This document shows, piece after piece, positions 28,167 to 37,432 of a stretch of DNA of 64,000 nt. The notes beneath the pieces are model-generated. The model saw only the letters and a program-made list of their open reading frames with translations, was not told the origin of the DNA and searched no databases. How positions within the stretch are numbered: the stretch's first letter is position 1; each line of letters starts with the position of its first letter. Location: positions 288,001 through 352,000 of the forward strand of contig JBOEGF010000010.1 in the NCBI GenBank assembly GCA_050633305.1, written 5' to 3'. The position numbers and the translations under genes are program-made. This DNA comes from Nannocystales bacterium (GTDB lineage: Bacteria > Myxococcota_A > Polyangia > Nannocystales > Nannocystaceae).

Positions 28167-29441
28167 ATGAAGCGAACTCTCATCGGTACCACCGCTCTCG
28201 CCGGCATCCTCCTCGGCGGGGCCTACTGGGCAGGTCAAGACGACACTGCACTCATCAACGAGGCACAGGCCGCGCCCGAGACGGGCGTTGGCGGGACAGT
28301 GGTCTTGCTCAAGCTCGCCGTACCGGCGGGTGACGAGGTGGGCGACGTCGTGCGCAAGAACGCGAAGCTCTCCGCGGGCTTCGATGTTGTCGACCGGCGG
28401 TCACTCCCCGCAGCCCTCATCAAGGAGAAGGGCTTCAACAAGAAAGCCTGGGTCGAGACCGGCGCGCAGGCGGTCATCAAGAACGCCGAGATCAACGGCC
28501 AGATCAAGTTCCAGCTCTACGATCTGTCGCGTGGCAAGAAGCCCGTGCTCTCGAAGGGCTACCCCGCGGGCGACAAGCGCAAAGCTGCGCACCGCTTCAT
28601 GAACGAGGTCATCAAGCACTACACCGGAACGCTTGGCGTGTTCGGGTCGCGCATCGCCTTCGTGCGTACGCGTCGTAGTCCCACGGTCTCCAAGAACATC
28701 TTCACGATGGAGATGGACGGCGGCAACGTGGCGGGCGTCACCGCCAACCGCTCGCTCAACATCCTTCCGTCGCTCGGCCCCGGTGGTCAGGTCATCTTCA
28801 CCAGCTACGCCAAGCGCAACCCCGACCTGTGGATGAGCAGCGGCGGTGGACCGACCCGGATCTCGAAGTTCCCCGGTCTCAACCTTGGCGGCACGATGAG
28901 CCCCACCGGCGGTGCTATCGCGCTTACGTTGTCCAAGGACGGCAACTCCGAGGTCTACACCATCGGCACGAGCGGCAGCGTCAAGGCGCGGCTCACCAAG
29001 AACGCGGCCATCGACGGTTCGCCGACGTGGAGCCCCGGCGGGAACCAGATCGCTTTCGTTTCGAACCGTGCGGGTGGACCTCAGGTCTTCCGCATGAGCT
29101 CGGGCGGTGGCGGCGCGGCCCGGGTGAGCAAGAAGGGCAACTACAACCAGACGCCCGACTGGAGCCCTGGCCAAGGCGAGTACGGACAGTGGATCGCGTA
29201 CGCAGGCCGGGACGGCAGCCGCTTCGATGTGTTCGCGGTCAACGTGAAGTCCGGCAAGATCAAGCGAATGACTCAGGGCGGCGGTCGCAACACCGACCCG
29301 ACCTGGTCGCCTGACGGACGCCTGATCGCGTTCTCGTCCTCGCGCGGCGGTATCACCATCGCGAACGAAGACGGCAACAACCAGATCCAGGTCATGCGCG
29401 CTGGCACGACCCCGGACTGGGGCCCTCGCGCGCTGAAGTAA
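28167..29441 (+). CDS. tolB: TolB (PD40 beta-propeller)
   Basis: AAHRFMNEVI...GVFGSRIAFV plus PD40 repeats (PTWSPGG.QIAFVS.R, PTWSPDGRLIAF). Confidence 0.88.
   Translation: MKRTLIGTTALAGILLGGAYWAGQDDTALINEAQAAPETGVGGTVVLLKLAVPAGDEVGDVVRKNAKLSAGFDVVDRRSLPAALIKEKGFNKKAWVETGAQAVIKNAEINGQIKFQLYDLSRGKKPVLSKGYPAGDKRKAAHRFMNEVIKHYTGTLGVFGSRIAFVRTRRSPTVSKNIFTMEMDGGNVAGVTANRSLNILPSLGPGGQVIFTSYAKRNPDLWMSSGGGPTRISKFPGLNLGGTMSPTGGAIALTLSKDGNSEVYTIGTSGSVKARLTKNAAIDGSPTWSPGGNQIAFVSNRAGGPQVFRMSSGGGGAARVSKKGNYNQTPDWSPGQGEYGQWIAYAGRDGSRFDVFAVNVKSGKIKRMTQGGGRNTDPTWSPDGRLIAFSSSRGGITIANEDGNNQIQVMRAGTTPDWGPRALK
29271..29302 (+). repeat. Direct repeat copy 1, inside the 3' part of tolB
   Basis: ACTCAGGGCGGCGGTCGCAACACCGACCCGAC; matches 36007-36038 at 30 of 32 positions. 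Confidence 0.85.
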
Positions 29442-29464
29442 CGCATCGCGACTGCGTTCGAACG

Positions 29465-29501
29465 AAACCCCGCGGGCCTCGAGCCGGCGGGGTTTTTCTT
29501 T
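29465..29501 (+). terminator. Intrinsic terminator of the tol operon
   Basis: AAACCCCGC...GCGGGGTTT hairpin followed by TTCTTT. Confidence 0.85.
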
Positions 29502-29600
29502 GCCCTCAGCACGAACCCGCTCGGCCTCCAGGCCTCAGGGATGACTCCGCTCACATCGGCGCCGTGATCGATTGGGGCGCGGCGAGCTTCGTATGTGGCG

Positions 29601-30053
29601 ATGAATGACTTCGCTGCCAAGTTCCCCGCCGCGTTTGCCGGCCTCATTGCACTCGTTGCCGTCGCGCTCGCCATCGGCAGCGGATACGCCACTGCTGGCA
29701 TGGGGCAAACGGTGGGCCTCGCGATCTACTTCGCCATCTTCGCCGCCGCCGGATTCGCAGCAAGCTTTGCGACCCAGGCCGGGAAGGGCACCGCGATCCT
29801 GGCCATGATCGTCGCAGCGCTGATCACGGGGGCGGCGTACTACGCCATCGTGAGCAGCACGATGAGTGGAGCCACCGAGGCCCTGAGCACAGGCGTCGGT
29901 GCCGATGGGGACGCGGGCGCCGAAGCCGGTGGAATCCTGGGCACGTTCATGGGCGTGGTCGTTGCGATCGTCGCCATGGGGGACGCCCTCGTCGCAGGGA
30001 TTGGAGGTGCCGTCGCCGGATCCAAACTCAAGGCTCAGATCACGGGCCGCTGA
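29601..30053 (+). CDS. Ala/Gly-rich 4-TM membrane protein
   Basis: Four hydrophobic segments with host-like codon usage. Start is 29595 or 29601. Confidence 0.75.
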   Translation: MNDFAAKFPAAFAGLIALVAVALAIGSGYATAGMGQTVGLAIYFAIFAAAGFAASFATQAGKGTAILAMIVAALITGAAYYAIVSSTMSGATEALSTGVGADGDAGAEAGGILGTFMGVVVAIVAMGDALVAGIGGAVAGSKLKAQITGR

Positions 30054-30669
30054 TCTGGTGCAGCGTGTCCCCCAACGCACGCGTCTGCGCCTCGAGGCTC
30101 TCAAGGGCCGCATCGCGCAACTGCGGGGACTGAGCGCCCATCTGTTCGCGGAGGATCTCCTTCCCGCGCCGCAGACGACTGCGGACCGTCCCCTCGGGAA
30201 TGCCGAGCACGTGTGCGATCTCGGGGGCGGTCGCGTTCTCCCAGTAGTAGGATTCCAGAGCGATCTGGTAGTCGAGTGGCAGCCGGCGGAGCGCTCGCTG
30301 TACGAGCTGCTGTTCTTGCCTGCGCACGACCCAGGTGCTTGGACGCGGGTCGAGATCCTCGACCGACGTTTCGAGTGGATCGAACCGGGCCTGTCGTCTC
30401 GCCGTGCAGCGATAGTGCCGTACGAGTTCACTGCGGGCGACCGCCAACAGATACGCCCGGAAACTCGCCGCATCCCGCACCTCGTCCCTTCGTTCTACGC
30501 AAACGGTCAACGTCTGCTGCACGAGGTCCTCGGCGGCATCGGAGGCCTTGTTGAGGAAGAACCGAAACAGGAGTCGGTGATAACGCTCAATGATGAGCCC
30601 ACCCGCGTCGCGGTCGCCCCCGCGCCATGCTTCCATCAGTTCCGCGTCACTTCGCTCGGTGTTGTTCAT
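30040..30669 (-). CDS. ECF sigma-70 factor
   Basis: SDAELMEAWRGGD, AEDLVQQT, SFRAYLLAVAR and EIAHVLGIPEGTVRSRLRRG motifs. ATGA overlap with the kinase. Confidence 0.9.
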   Translation of the reverse strand: MNNTERSDAELMEAWRGGDRDAGGLIIERYHRLLFRFFLNKASDAAEDLVQQTLTVCVERRDEVRDAASFRAYLLAVARSELVRHYRCTARRQARFDPLETSVEDLDPRPSTWVVRRQEQQLVQRALRRLPLDYQIALESYYWENATAPEIAHVLGIPEGTVRSRLRRGKEILREQMGAQSPQLRDAALESLEAQTRALGDTLHQISGP

Positions 30670-33155
30670 CGTCCGCTCTCCCGCATCGCTGCCACCTCAC
30701 TCAACCGTGCCGCAGCATTCTCGACTTCGGGGTGGTCATCGTCGAGCGTGTGTCGAAGCGTCGCGAGTGCATCTCTGTAGTTGTTCTCCGCCGCCTCGAG
30801 CTGACCGAGTTGCTCATGGACCTCCGCCAAGGACATCAAGCTACGCCCGACCGCGGGGTGCTCGTCGCCGAGCGTGGCTTGTCGAATGGCCAGTCCGCGC
30901 TGGGCGAGCGGAAGCGCCTCCTGGGGCCGGCCGAGTTCGACGACCACCAGGGCGATGTTGGCCAAGGTCGAACTCAGCGAGGGATGCTCGGGCCCAAACG
31001 CCTGCTCTCGGATCTCCAAGCATTCTCGCCACACTCGCTCGGCCTCGACAAGATCCCCTTGCTTGGCAAACACGAGGCCCAGGTTGTTGTTCGCCGTCGC
31101 GACCCCCGGGTGTCTCGGACCCAGCGCCTTCGCAAAGTCGCCACGTGCTTGCTCGATCTGTTCACGCGCGATGTCGAGCCTGTCTTGCTGCAAGGCGACT
31201 GTGCCTAGCTCGAACCGGGCGTCGGCGGTGAGGAAGTGGTCGGGGCCGAGGGCGTTCTCTCGAATCTGCAGCGCACGCTCGAGCCTCGTTTGCGCTTCGT
31301 CGAAGCGTGCCAGCCGCTGCAACGTGATCGAGACGGTGTAGTGCAGCTTGCTCGAGACGATCGGGTCGGGCGAGTCGACGAGCAGGCTCTCGGCGTGCCT
31401 GCCCCATCGTAGAGCTTCCTCGTAGTCCCCTCGATCGGTGTGGAGCCCGACCAGGTTGCTCGCGATCTTCAACGCGCGCACCTCGAGATGGTGTTCTCGA
31501 GCGAGGAAAAACGCCTCCGTGGAGTATCGAAGCGACTCCTCGTACCGGGCTTGGTGGCTCGTCACCACGGCGAAGGTCTGCAATGCCTCGACACGCAGCG
31601 GAGCGAATCCCAACGCATTCACCTGCTCGAGTAGCTCCGAGAGCCGGGCATTTGCCTTCGCGAACTCGGCGTTCTCGACCATGGGATGCACCGACTGCAG
31701 CTCGCTCATCAAGGCCGCCACAGGGCCCCGCAACGAGAGGTCGTCGGGGGGCTTGAACTGTGTCGCGAGGTACCGCGAATCGGCGCAATCCTCGACGGGT
31801 GGGAGTGCATACACGGCCGATACGCTTCCTCGTAGCGTGCGCTCGGACGGCTCTGTCGACAGCCGCGTCACGAGTTCGAACAGGCTTCTCTCACGCCGTT
31901 GCAGGCAGCGGGCGACCGCGTCTCGGGGCGTGCTCGCGCTCTCATTCGTCACGGAATTGCAGGCGGAGCGCTGGGCCGCGGCGAGTTCCCGGACGTAGTC
32001 GTCCACGCCGCCCACCACACGGGCGCCACTGTCGACGAGGTACGCCTGTCCGGCTCCGGAGAAAGGCGCCTGCACCCCATCCCGGGCGTCTTGCCAGCGC
32101 GCGGCCGCCGATGCACCAGCGCGATCGCAATCGAGTCCTGGCGCGGCGCGACGCATCGACCACCCGCCGACTCCTGCGAAGATGGCCACTCCGACACCTG
32201 CCGCCAGTGGCCACCATCGTCGTGGTTGCAGCGTGCGCTCGAGCGCGGACGCGAGTTCGTGGGCAGAAGACCAGCGGTCCTCAGGATCATGGGCCAGTCC
32301 GCGCTGCACGATACGACCGACCGCACGCGGAACCCCCGGAATGGGCGCAGCACCGTGGCCCACCGCGTCGTCGAAGTCCTGCGAGTCCCCGTTCGGGAAG
32401 GGACGTTCGCCATTGAGCCCCTCATACAACGCCACACTGAGCGAGAAGATATCGGCCGCAGGCGAATCCGCTCGTGCCCGAAGCTTCTCGGGCGCTGCGT
32501 ATCCCAGCGTCCCTCCCACTCCAGTCGTGCTGTCACCAGCGGCCACGGGGGCGGCGACGCTGGCCATGGCCTCTTCACGGAGTTGTGCGAGGCCGAAGTC
32601 GATCAACTTCACGTCGCGTTGGGCGTCGAGGAGCAGATTGGAGGGCTTGATGTCGCCGTGTACGACGCCTTCATCGTGGGCATAGGCGAGGGCGCGCGCG
32701 GCCTGCCCGAACGCGCGGACCACCGCGCGCCAGTGAGGCCGAGTCTCGAACCAGGTGTTGAGTTCACAGCCATCGATTCGCTCCATCGCGACGTAGACCC
32801 GGTCGTCTGTCGAACCGATGTCGAAGACGGTCACGATGTGGCGGTGTTTCAAGCGCGCAAGCACATGCGCTTCATGGCGGAGTCGGGCCTGCGACAGACG
32901 TCCGTCGAGACGGAGCAGCTTCAGCGCCACCGGCCGTGAGAGGTGGGGGTCCCAGCCCTCGTACACCGTGCCCATGCCCCCCGAGCCGATCCTCGTGCGG
33001 AGCTCGAACCGTCCCAACCGGCGCGGCGGGCGTGCCTCGCCGAGCAGCGTGACCCGAAGCCGCTCATGAAGCATGCCCATTCGCAGCGAGTCCTCGCGGT
33101 CCCCGGGATCCATTCGCGGGTCAGACGGGTCTTCGGTGCCGAGGTTGCGCGTCAA
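30666..33155 (-). CDS. Ser/Thr protein kinase with TM segment and TPR repeats
   Basis: GSGGMG, VALK, HGDIKPSN, DFG and GTLGYAAPE motifs; TPR_12-like repeats. Confidence 0.9.
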   Translation of the reverse strand: MTRNLGTEDPSDPRMDPGDREDSLRMGMLHERLRVTLLGEARPPRRLGRFELRTRIGSGGMGTVYEGWDPHLSRPVALKLLRLDGRLSQARLRHEAHVLARLKHRHIVTVFDIGSTDDRVYVAMERIDGCELNTWFETRPHWRAVVRAFGQAARALAYAHDEGVVHGDIKPSNLLLDAQRDVKLIDFGLAQLREEAMASVAAPVAAGDSTTGVGGTLGYAAPEKLRARADSPAADIFSLSVALYEGLNGERPFPNGDSQDFDDAVGHGAAPIPGVPRAVGRIVQRGLAHDPEDRWSSAHELASALERTLQPRRWWPLAAGVGVAIFAGVGGWSMRRAAPGLDCDRAGASAAARWQDARDGVQAPFSGAGQAYLVDSGARVVGGVDDYVRELAAAQRSACNSVTNESASTPRDAVARCLQRRERSLFELVTRLSTEPSERTLRGSVSAVYALPPVEDCADSRYLATQFKPPDDLSLRGPVAALMSELQSVHPMVENAEFAKANARLSELLEQVNALGFAPLRVEALQTFAVVTSHQARYEESLRYSTEAFFLAREHHLEVRALKIASNLVGLHTDRGDYEEALRWGRHAESLLVDSPDPIVSSKLHYTVSITLQRLARFDEAQTRLERALQIRENALGPDHFLTADARFELGTVALQQDRLDIAREQIEQARGDFAKALGPRHPGVATANNNLGLVFAKQGDLVEAERVWRECLEIREQAFGPEHPSLSSTLANIALVVVELGRPQEALPLAQRGLAIRQATLGDEHPAVGRSLMSLAEVHEQLGQLEAAENNYRDALATLRHTLDDDHPEVENAAARLSEVAAMRESGR

Positions 33156-33331
33156 CGACCGCGATGAGGGGGTGGAGCCCGCGGTATTCCCTCGTTGCCC
33201 GACATCAACAACGCGGCGCGTGATGAGCGAGATACCTCACTCGGTTTTTGAGCCTCCGCGTGATCGATTGACCCCGCTCGGGCTTCTTGTCGCGCGCTCC
33301 CCCGGTGGGAGTCCACCAGCACAGGAAACCG

Positions 33332-35950
33332 ATGACCGACACCGTCCTCTCCGAAGCAGCCGCCAACAGACTCGTCCGCAAGATCCAGCGTGCCAAGAGC
33401 TGGGACAAATGGGACCCGATCGTCGAGGAGACCGAGTACGACAACGTGCGCGGCTGCCAAATCGCGTGGGATTTGCACGGCCGGGGCCTGCTCGATGTCG
33501 GCACGATGCCCGGGCTCTGGCACGCGCTCGCGAACCACCCCGAACTGGCACCGCCAGCCGCGGTCGCCTCGATGCTTTCGACGTTGGAGCGCTTCACTGC
33601 GCGCGAGGACGAGGACGACTGCGAGGAGGACGATGACGACTACGAGGAGGACGACTACGACGAGGAGGACGAGGAGTTCTGCCAGGACAATTACGAGGAG
33701 GACGAGGAGGACGAGGAGGACGAGGACGACGACGACGATGACGACGAGGAAGAAGATGAGAACGAAGACCCCTGGCCCGAGTCGCTCGATGCGCTGGCCT
33801 TCGTGGCGTCGTTGCGAGACCCGGCTGCATTCGACAACGTGGATGCGTTCCCTGAACCGGTACGTCGCGGGCTAGCCTTCACCTTCCTACGCACCGGGAA
33901 GACGTTGACCGATGCACAACGGGACCGCCTTCGCCAAGACCTCGCGAAACAACACCTCGACCAAGGGCTACCCGTCGAGCTGCAGATGGTTGTCGACGGA
34001 GCACCGACCAAGGTGAAGCTGTTCGACGACGACTACGCGCGTCTGCAGCCCAACGCGCACCACCAGCAGATCATCGACAGTTTGGGCGGAAGCACCTCAT
34101 GGGCGGAGGCAATTCTCGCTGCAGCGCGCAAACGGCAGTGGAACCTCAGTGCGGAGCGCAGTCGCCCGGCGGTGAGGATCGCTCCTGTCGACGACCTCGC
34201 CCACTTCTTCGCCACCTACGACGCGGGGGCCAGCAAGTACCGTGCGATCTACGAGATCCTCACGACGTTGCGCAACGACAGCGTCGACGACCTGCTTCGG
34301 GTTGCCGAGCAGCTGGACGAAAAGGACGACGAGCAGGAAGCCGACGCCGTACGTACCGTGGCAATCCTGCGAGCGCGAGACCAGGGACTCGCGATCGATC
34401 GGGCCCTCGACGAGAAGTTCGCAGCGCGCGGCCGATACCTCGACGAGTACGCGCCCCAGGCCCCCTACGTGGGACTCGAACAGACATTGGATGCGCTGCG
34501 CCATCTCGGGCCCGAGCGTGCCCGGGCGATCCTCGAGCGGGAGATCTCCGGGCGGCACTACGACGCCCTCGGTGCTCTGCCCTCCCTCGTCGCCCTCGAT
34601 GACCTCGCACTCACTCAACGATGCCTCGAGGCGATCCTGCCCGAGATGCAGCACGCCGGCGGCGACTGGGTGTTCGGCTGGCGGCCGCACGGGCTGGGAG
34701 TCTTGCCCCTGCTCGCCACGACCCACGACACCGACGAGCGCCCCAAGACCAAAGAAGTCCTGCACCTCGCCATCCTGCACCTGCTCGCCGACGCCTCCGA
34801 TCGTGGCATCGAGTTCGATGCGCAGTGGGACCGATTCCTGCACTTTCGCGACCACGAGGACCTCAACTCGTACGACTTCGTGCACAAGGTCGTCCCGCAG
34901 ATGCGCCGCATTCTCGCCAAGCTTCCCGAAGACCGGGCGAGCACCGCGATGTTGAACGGTCTCGACCCCGAGCAACGAACCTTCGCGAGGCCCTTCTCCT
35001 GTTTCGCCGTACGCCCGATCGACGCCGTCCTCGACCGCGGATTCGATCTTCTCGCCCAACACGCGTCCCGCCTCAATCAGCCCACCCACGACTACGTCAG
35101 CGAGGTCGTCCGCGACCTCGGTGAGCGGGTGCACTCCCGGCTGCAGGCGGCGATGGAGACCAGCCAAAGCCCGCAGCTCGCCAAGCTGTTCAGAGCCGCG
35201 CTGGGTGAGCAGCACTTCGAGACTCTGATGGCGGGCAGCGAAGCGGCTCAGATCAAGGCCGAGACCCACGTCCAAAAGGTGCAGCGCATCGCCGCCGAGC
35301 TGAAGGGGCGCGACGATCTGATCCGCATCTACCTGCTCGAGGTCGATCACGAGGCCCAGGCGGCGCCGGGCGAGATGAACCGCGTCGGCGACACGGCGAT
35401 CGGCTTCACCGCCGAGACCTGGCCCACCCGGAGTGACAGCGAAGAAGAAGACGACCCCGAGGACTCCCGCAAGGAGCACGTCTTCACGCTCGACCTCGCC
35501 TCCGTCCCCGAACTCCAGTCCCAGTTCCCGGACGCCGCTGCCATCGCGCTGTTCATCGACTCGCGTGACGACAACGAGGCCTACGAGCCGCACAACGACG
35601 AAACGACGCTCGTTCCCCTGACCCGCGCCGACCTCGAACACGGGGAACTCGCCACCGACGAGCGCGATGCCAACCCCTTTGCCGTGATCCCCGTCGACAT
35701 CCCGGCTGCTGTCTTCGACATCGACGGCGAGAACGCCGATGACCCTGCTCTGCACGACTTGAGAACCGCGGTCTACCAATCCAGCGGACGCGTCCTCGGA
35801 CACCCGATCTGGCTGCAGGGCGACGACGACGACGGCGACCCCGGAAGCGTCTTCCTGCTCCAGTTCGACGAGGGCTTCGCGTCCATGAACCTGGGCGACT
35901 GCGGCGTGATGTACGTCTATGACGACACCGCCTTCTGGCAGTGCCACTGA
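33332..35950 (+). CDS. Large protein with an acidic tract and C-terminal DUF1963/YwqG-like domain
   Basis: C-terminus GHPIWLQ...LLQFDE...NLGDCGVMYVY..FWQCH. Start placed at ATG 33332. Confidence 0.7.
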   Translation: MTDTVLSEAAANRLVRKIQRAKSWDKWDPIVEETEYDNVRGCQIAWDLHGRGLLDVGTMPGLWHALANHPELAPPAAVASMLSTLERFTAREDEDDCEEDDDDYEEDDYDEEDEEFCQDNYEEDEEDEEDEDDDDDDDEEEDENEDPWPESLDALAFVASLRDPAAFDNVDAFPEPVRRGLAFTFLRTGKTLTDAQRDRLRQDLAKQHLDQGLPVELQMVVDGAPTKVKLFDDDYARLQPNAHHQQIIDSLGGSTSWAEAILAAARKRQWNLSAERSRPAVRIAPVDDLAHFFATYDAGASKYRAIYEILTTLRNDSVDDLLRVAEQLDEKDDEQEADAVRTVAILRARDQGLAIDRALDEKFAARGRYLDEYAPQAPYVGLEQTLDALRHLGPERARAILEREISGRHYDALGALPSLVALDDLALTQRCLEAILPEMQHAGGDWVFGWRPHGLGVLPLLATTHDTDERPKTKEVLHLAILHLLADASDRGIEFDAQWDRFLHFRDHEDLNSYDFVHKVVPQMRRILAKLPEDRASTAMLNGLDPEQRTFARPFSCFAVRPIDAVLDRGFDLLAQHASRLNQPTHDYVSEVVRDLGERVHSRLQAAMETSQSPQLAKLFRAALGEQHFETLMAGSEAAQIKAETHVQKVQRIAAELKGRDDLIRIYLLEVDHEAQAAPGEMNRVGDTAIGFTAETWPTRSDSEEEDDPEDSRKEHVFTLDLASVPELQSQFPDAAAIALFIDSRDDNEAYEPHNDETTLVPLTRADLEHGELATDERDANPFAVIPVDIPAAVFDIDGENADDPALHDLRTAVYQSSGRVLGHPIWLQGDDDDGDPGSVFLLQFDEGFASMNLGDCGVMYVYDDTAFWQCH
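33605..33769 (+). repeat. GAG/GAC low-complexity repeat encoding an ~55-residue Asp/Glu tract
   Basis: EDEDDCEEDDDDYEEDDYDEEDEE...DDDDDDEEEDENED. Confidence 0.85.
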
Positions 35951-36006
35951 AGTGGACTCGCGGGCCTTGCGAAGAGCAGGCCGGTGAGTTTCCAGAGCCG
36001 GTGGTC

Positions 36007-36038
36007 ACTCAGGGCGGCGGCCGCAACACTGACCCGAC
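36007..36038 (+). repeat. Direct repeat copy 2, an isolated tolB fragment
   Basis: ACTCAGGGCGGCGGCCGCAACACTGACCCGAC; both mismatches are synonymous in the TolB frame (TQGGGRNTDPT). Confidence 0.85.
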
Positions 36039-36404
36039 TTGTTGTTCGGTGGGATGCGGTGTGTTTGCGGCTCGGGTGGCGGTGTTCGAGACGATGGGCG
36101 GGACCGGGACCGTGCGATCCCAACTCGCCATTCGTCTTCGACGGGCTCTCACGGATGGCGATCCATCGTGGCCGAACTTCAGGACCGCGCTGAGGAGTCC
36201 GGACGAGGCGAGCGCCGAGAGGAGATACGCCGCGGCGCTGAGCCAGCCGGCGATCGCCGCGATGCTTGCACCCAAGAACAGGACGGCAGCTGCGGCGCCG
36301 ACAAGGTAGACCCGGTTTGCATGCCGGTCCTCCAGGTTTGAGAGTGAAGACACTGGTCGGGGGAACGGGACCGCAGGCGGTCGGAGGGCGGTCGTCGTGG
36401 TCAT
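36009..36404 (-). CDS. Small 2-TM membrane protein, probably leaderless and Fur-repressed
   Basis: Hydrophobic hairpin; a strong promoter lies immediately upstream of the ATG. Confidence 0.5.
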   Translation of the reverse strand: MTTTTALRPPAVPFPRPVSSLSNLEDRHANRVYLVGAAAAVLFLGASIAAIAGWLSAAAYLLSALASSGLLSAVLKFGHDGSPSVRARRRRMASWDRTVPVPPIVSNTATRAANTPHPTEQQVGSVLRPPP

Positions 36405-36410
36405 TTTTTT

Positions 36411-36438
36411 ATTATATGAAAATGATAATCCTTTTCAA
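36411..36438 (-). promoter_or_regulatory. Sigma70 promoter TTGAAA-N16-TATAAT overlapped by a Fur box (36418-36436)
   Basis: AT-rich patch. GAAAATGATAATCCTTTTC matches the GATAATGATAATCATTATC consensus at 16 of 19 positions. TATAAT lies 6 nt before ATG 36404. Confidence 0.75.
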
Positions 36439-36508
36439 GTTAAGCGGTCTGAGGATTTTGTGACGTGGCTCATCGGGGCCAGCAGGGAACGATGCTTCCT
36501 TCGAGCCC

Positions 36509-37390
36509 GTGAAGGCCGTCATCGATATCGGGACGAACTCGGTGCTCCTGTTGCTTGGCTCGCGTGACGCGACCGGGGCCGTTCGCATCAGCCGAGACGA
36601 GGCTCGGGTCGCGCGATTGGGGGAGGGGGTCGCCAAGAGGGGTTCACTCCTGCCCGCTGCGATCGAGCGAACCGTTCGCGTCCTCGCCGACTACAGGGCT
36701 CTGGCGGACGAAGCCGGCGCCCCGATCCAGGCGGTCGCGACCGAGGGTCTCAGGTTGGCATGTGACAGGGACGTCTTCCTCGAGCGCGCCTGCGAGGCCC
36801 TCGGGGTCCCGGTGCGCTTGATCTCCGGCGAGGAGGAGGCGGAGCTCTCGTACCTATCCGTGGCTCGCGAACACCCCGAGGTGGGTGAAATGCGGGTGAT
36901 CGACATCGGAGGCGCATCCACCGAGCTCGCCGTGGGCAAGGGGGAGGTGGTCGGCGGCGTGGTCTCTCACAAGATTGGCTCGGTCCGTCTTACGGAGGCG
37001 CACGTCGCCCACGATCCGATTCTGGCGGAAGAAGTGCTCGCGATCGAGGCCACGGCACGAAAGGCGTTCGCGGCTCAGCCGCTCCCGCCATCCGAAGAAC
37101 TCTATGGTCTTGCCGGGACTGTGACCACCACGGCCGCGCTGTTGCTTGGGCTCGACGCATACGACCGTGACCGAATCGATGGGACGCGGTGGAGCATCTC
37201 GGAGATCGTGGGGTTGCGAGATGTCCTGGCTGCCGAACCCTTGGACGTGCGAGTGCAGCGCCCGTGTCTCCCTCCCGGACGCGCAGACGTCGTTGTCGCA
37301 GGCCTGAGTATTCTGCGAGTTGCCATGGAGCACTGCGGCGCGAAGACGCTGGTCGTGCGAGACCGCGGACTTCGCTACGCGCTGCTGTAG
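36509..37390 (+). CDS. ppx: Ppx/GppA-family exopolyphosphatase (short form)
   Basis: AVIDIGTNS, RLGEGV, ISGEEEA, DIGGASTE, GSVRLTE and GRADV motifs. Confidence 0.88.
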   Translation: MKAVIDIGTNSVLLLLGSRDATGAVRISRDEARVARLGEGVAKRGSLLPAAIERTVRVLADYRALADEAGAPIQAVATEGLRLACDRDVFLERACEALGVPVRLISGEEEAELSYLSVAREHPEVGEMRVIDIGGASTELAVGKGEVVGGVVSHKIGSVRLTEAHVAHDPILAEEVLAIEATARKAFAAQPLPPSEELYGLAGTVTTTAALLLGLDAYDRDRIDGTRWSISEIVGLRDVLAAEPLDVRVQRPCLPPGRADVVVAGLSILRVAMEHCGAKTLVVRDRGLRYALL

Positions 37391-37432
37391 TCCAACCAAT
37401 CGCGTATCCTCAGCCGGACCCGAAACGCCGCC

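Noticed and set aside
24602..29441. AglRQS gliding-motility motor
   Set aside because: There is only one ExbD-like gene, followed by TolA-like and TolB genes, which fits the Tol system better.
33605..33769. Possible CRISPR or non-coding repeat array
   Set aside because: It is in-frame trinucleotide low complexity with no repeat-spacer structure and no cas genes.
34097..35947. 616-aa minus-strand ORF, and similar long shadow ORFs such as 8322-9974, 46007-47386 and 48747-49925
   Set aside because: These are antisense or off-frame shadows of well-supported genes, expected in high-GC DNA, and carry no motifs.
29271..36038. Active integrative element or prophage
   Set aside because: There are no integrase, transposase or phage genes; kept only as a possible scar.
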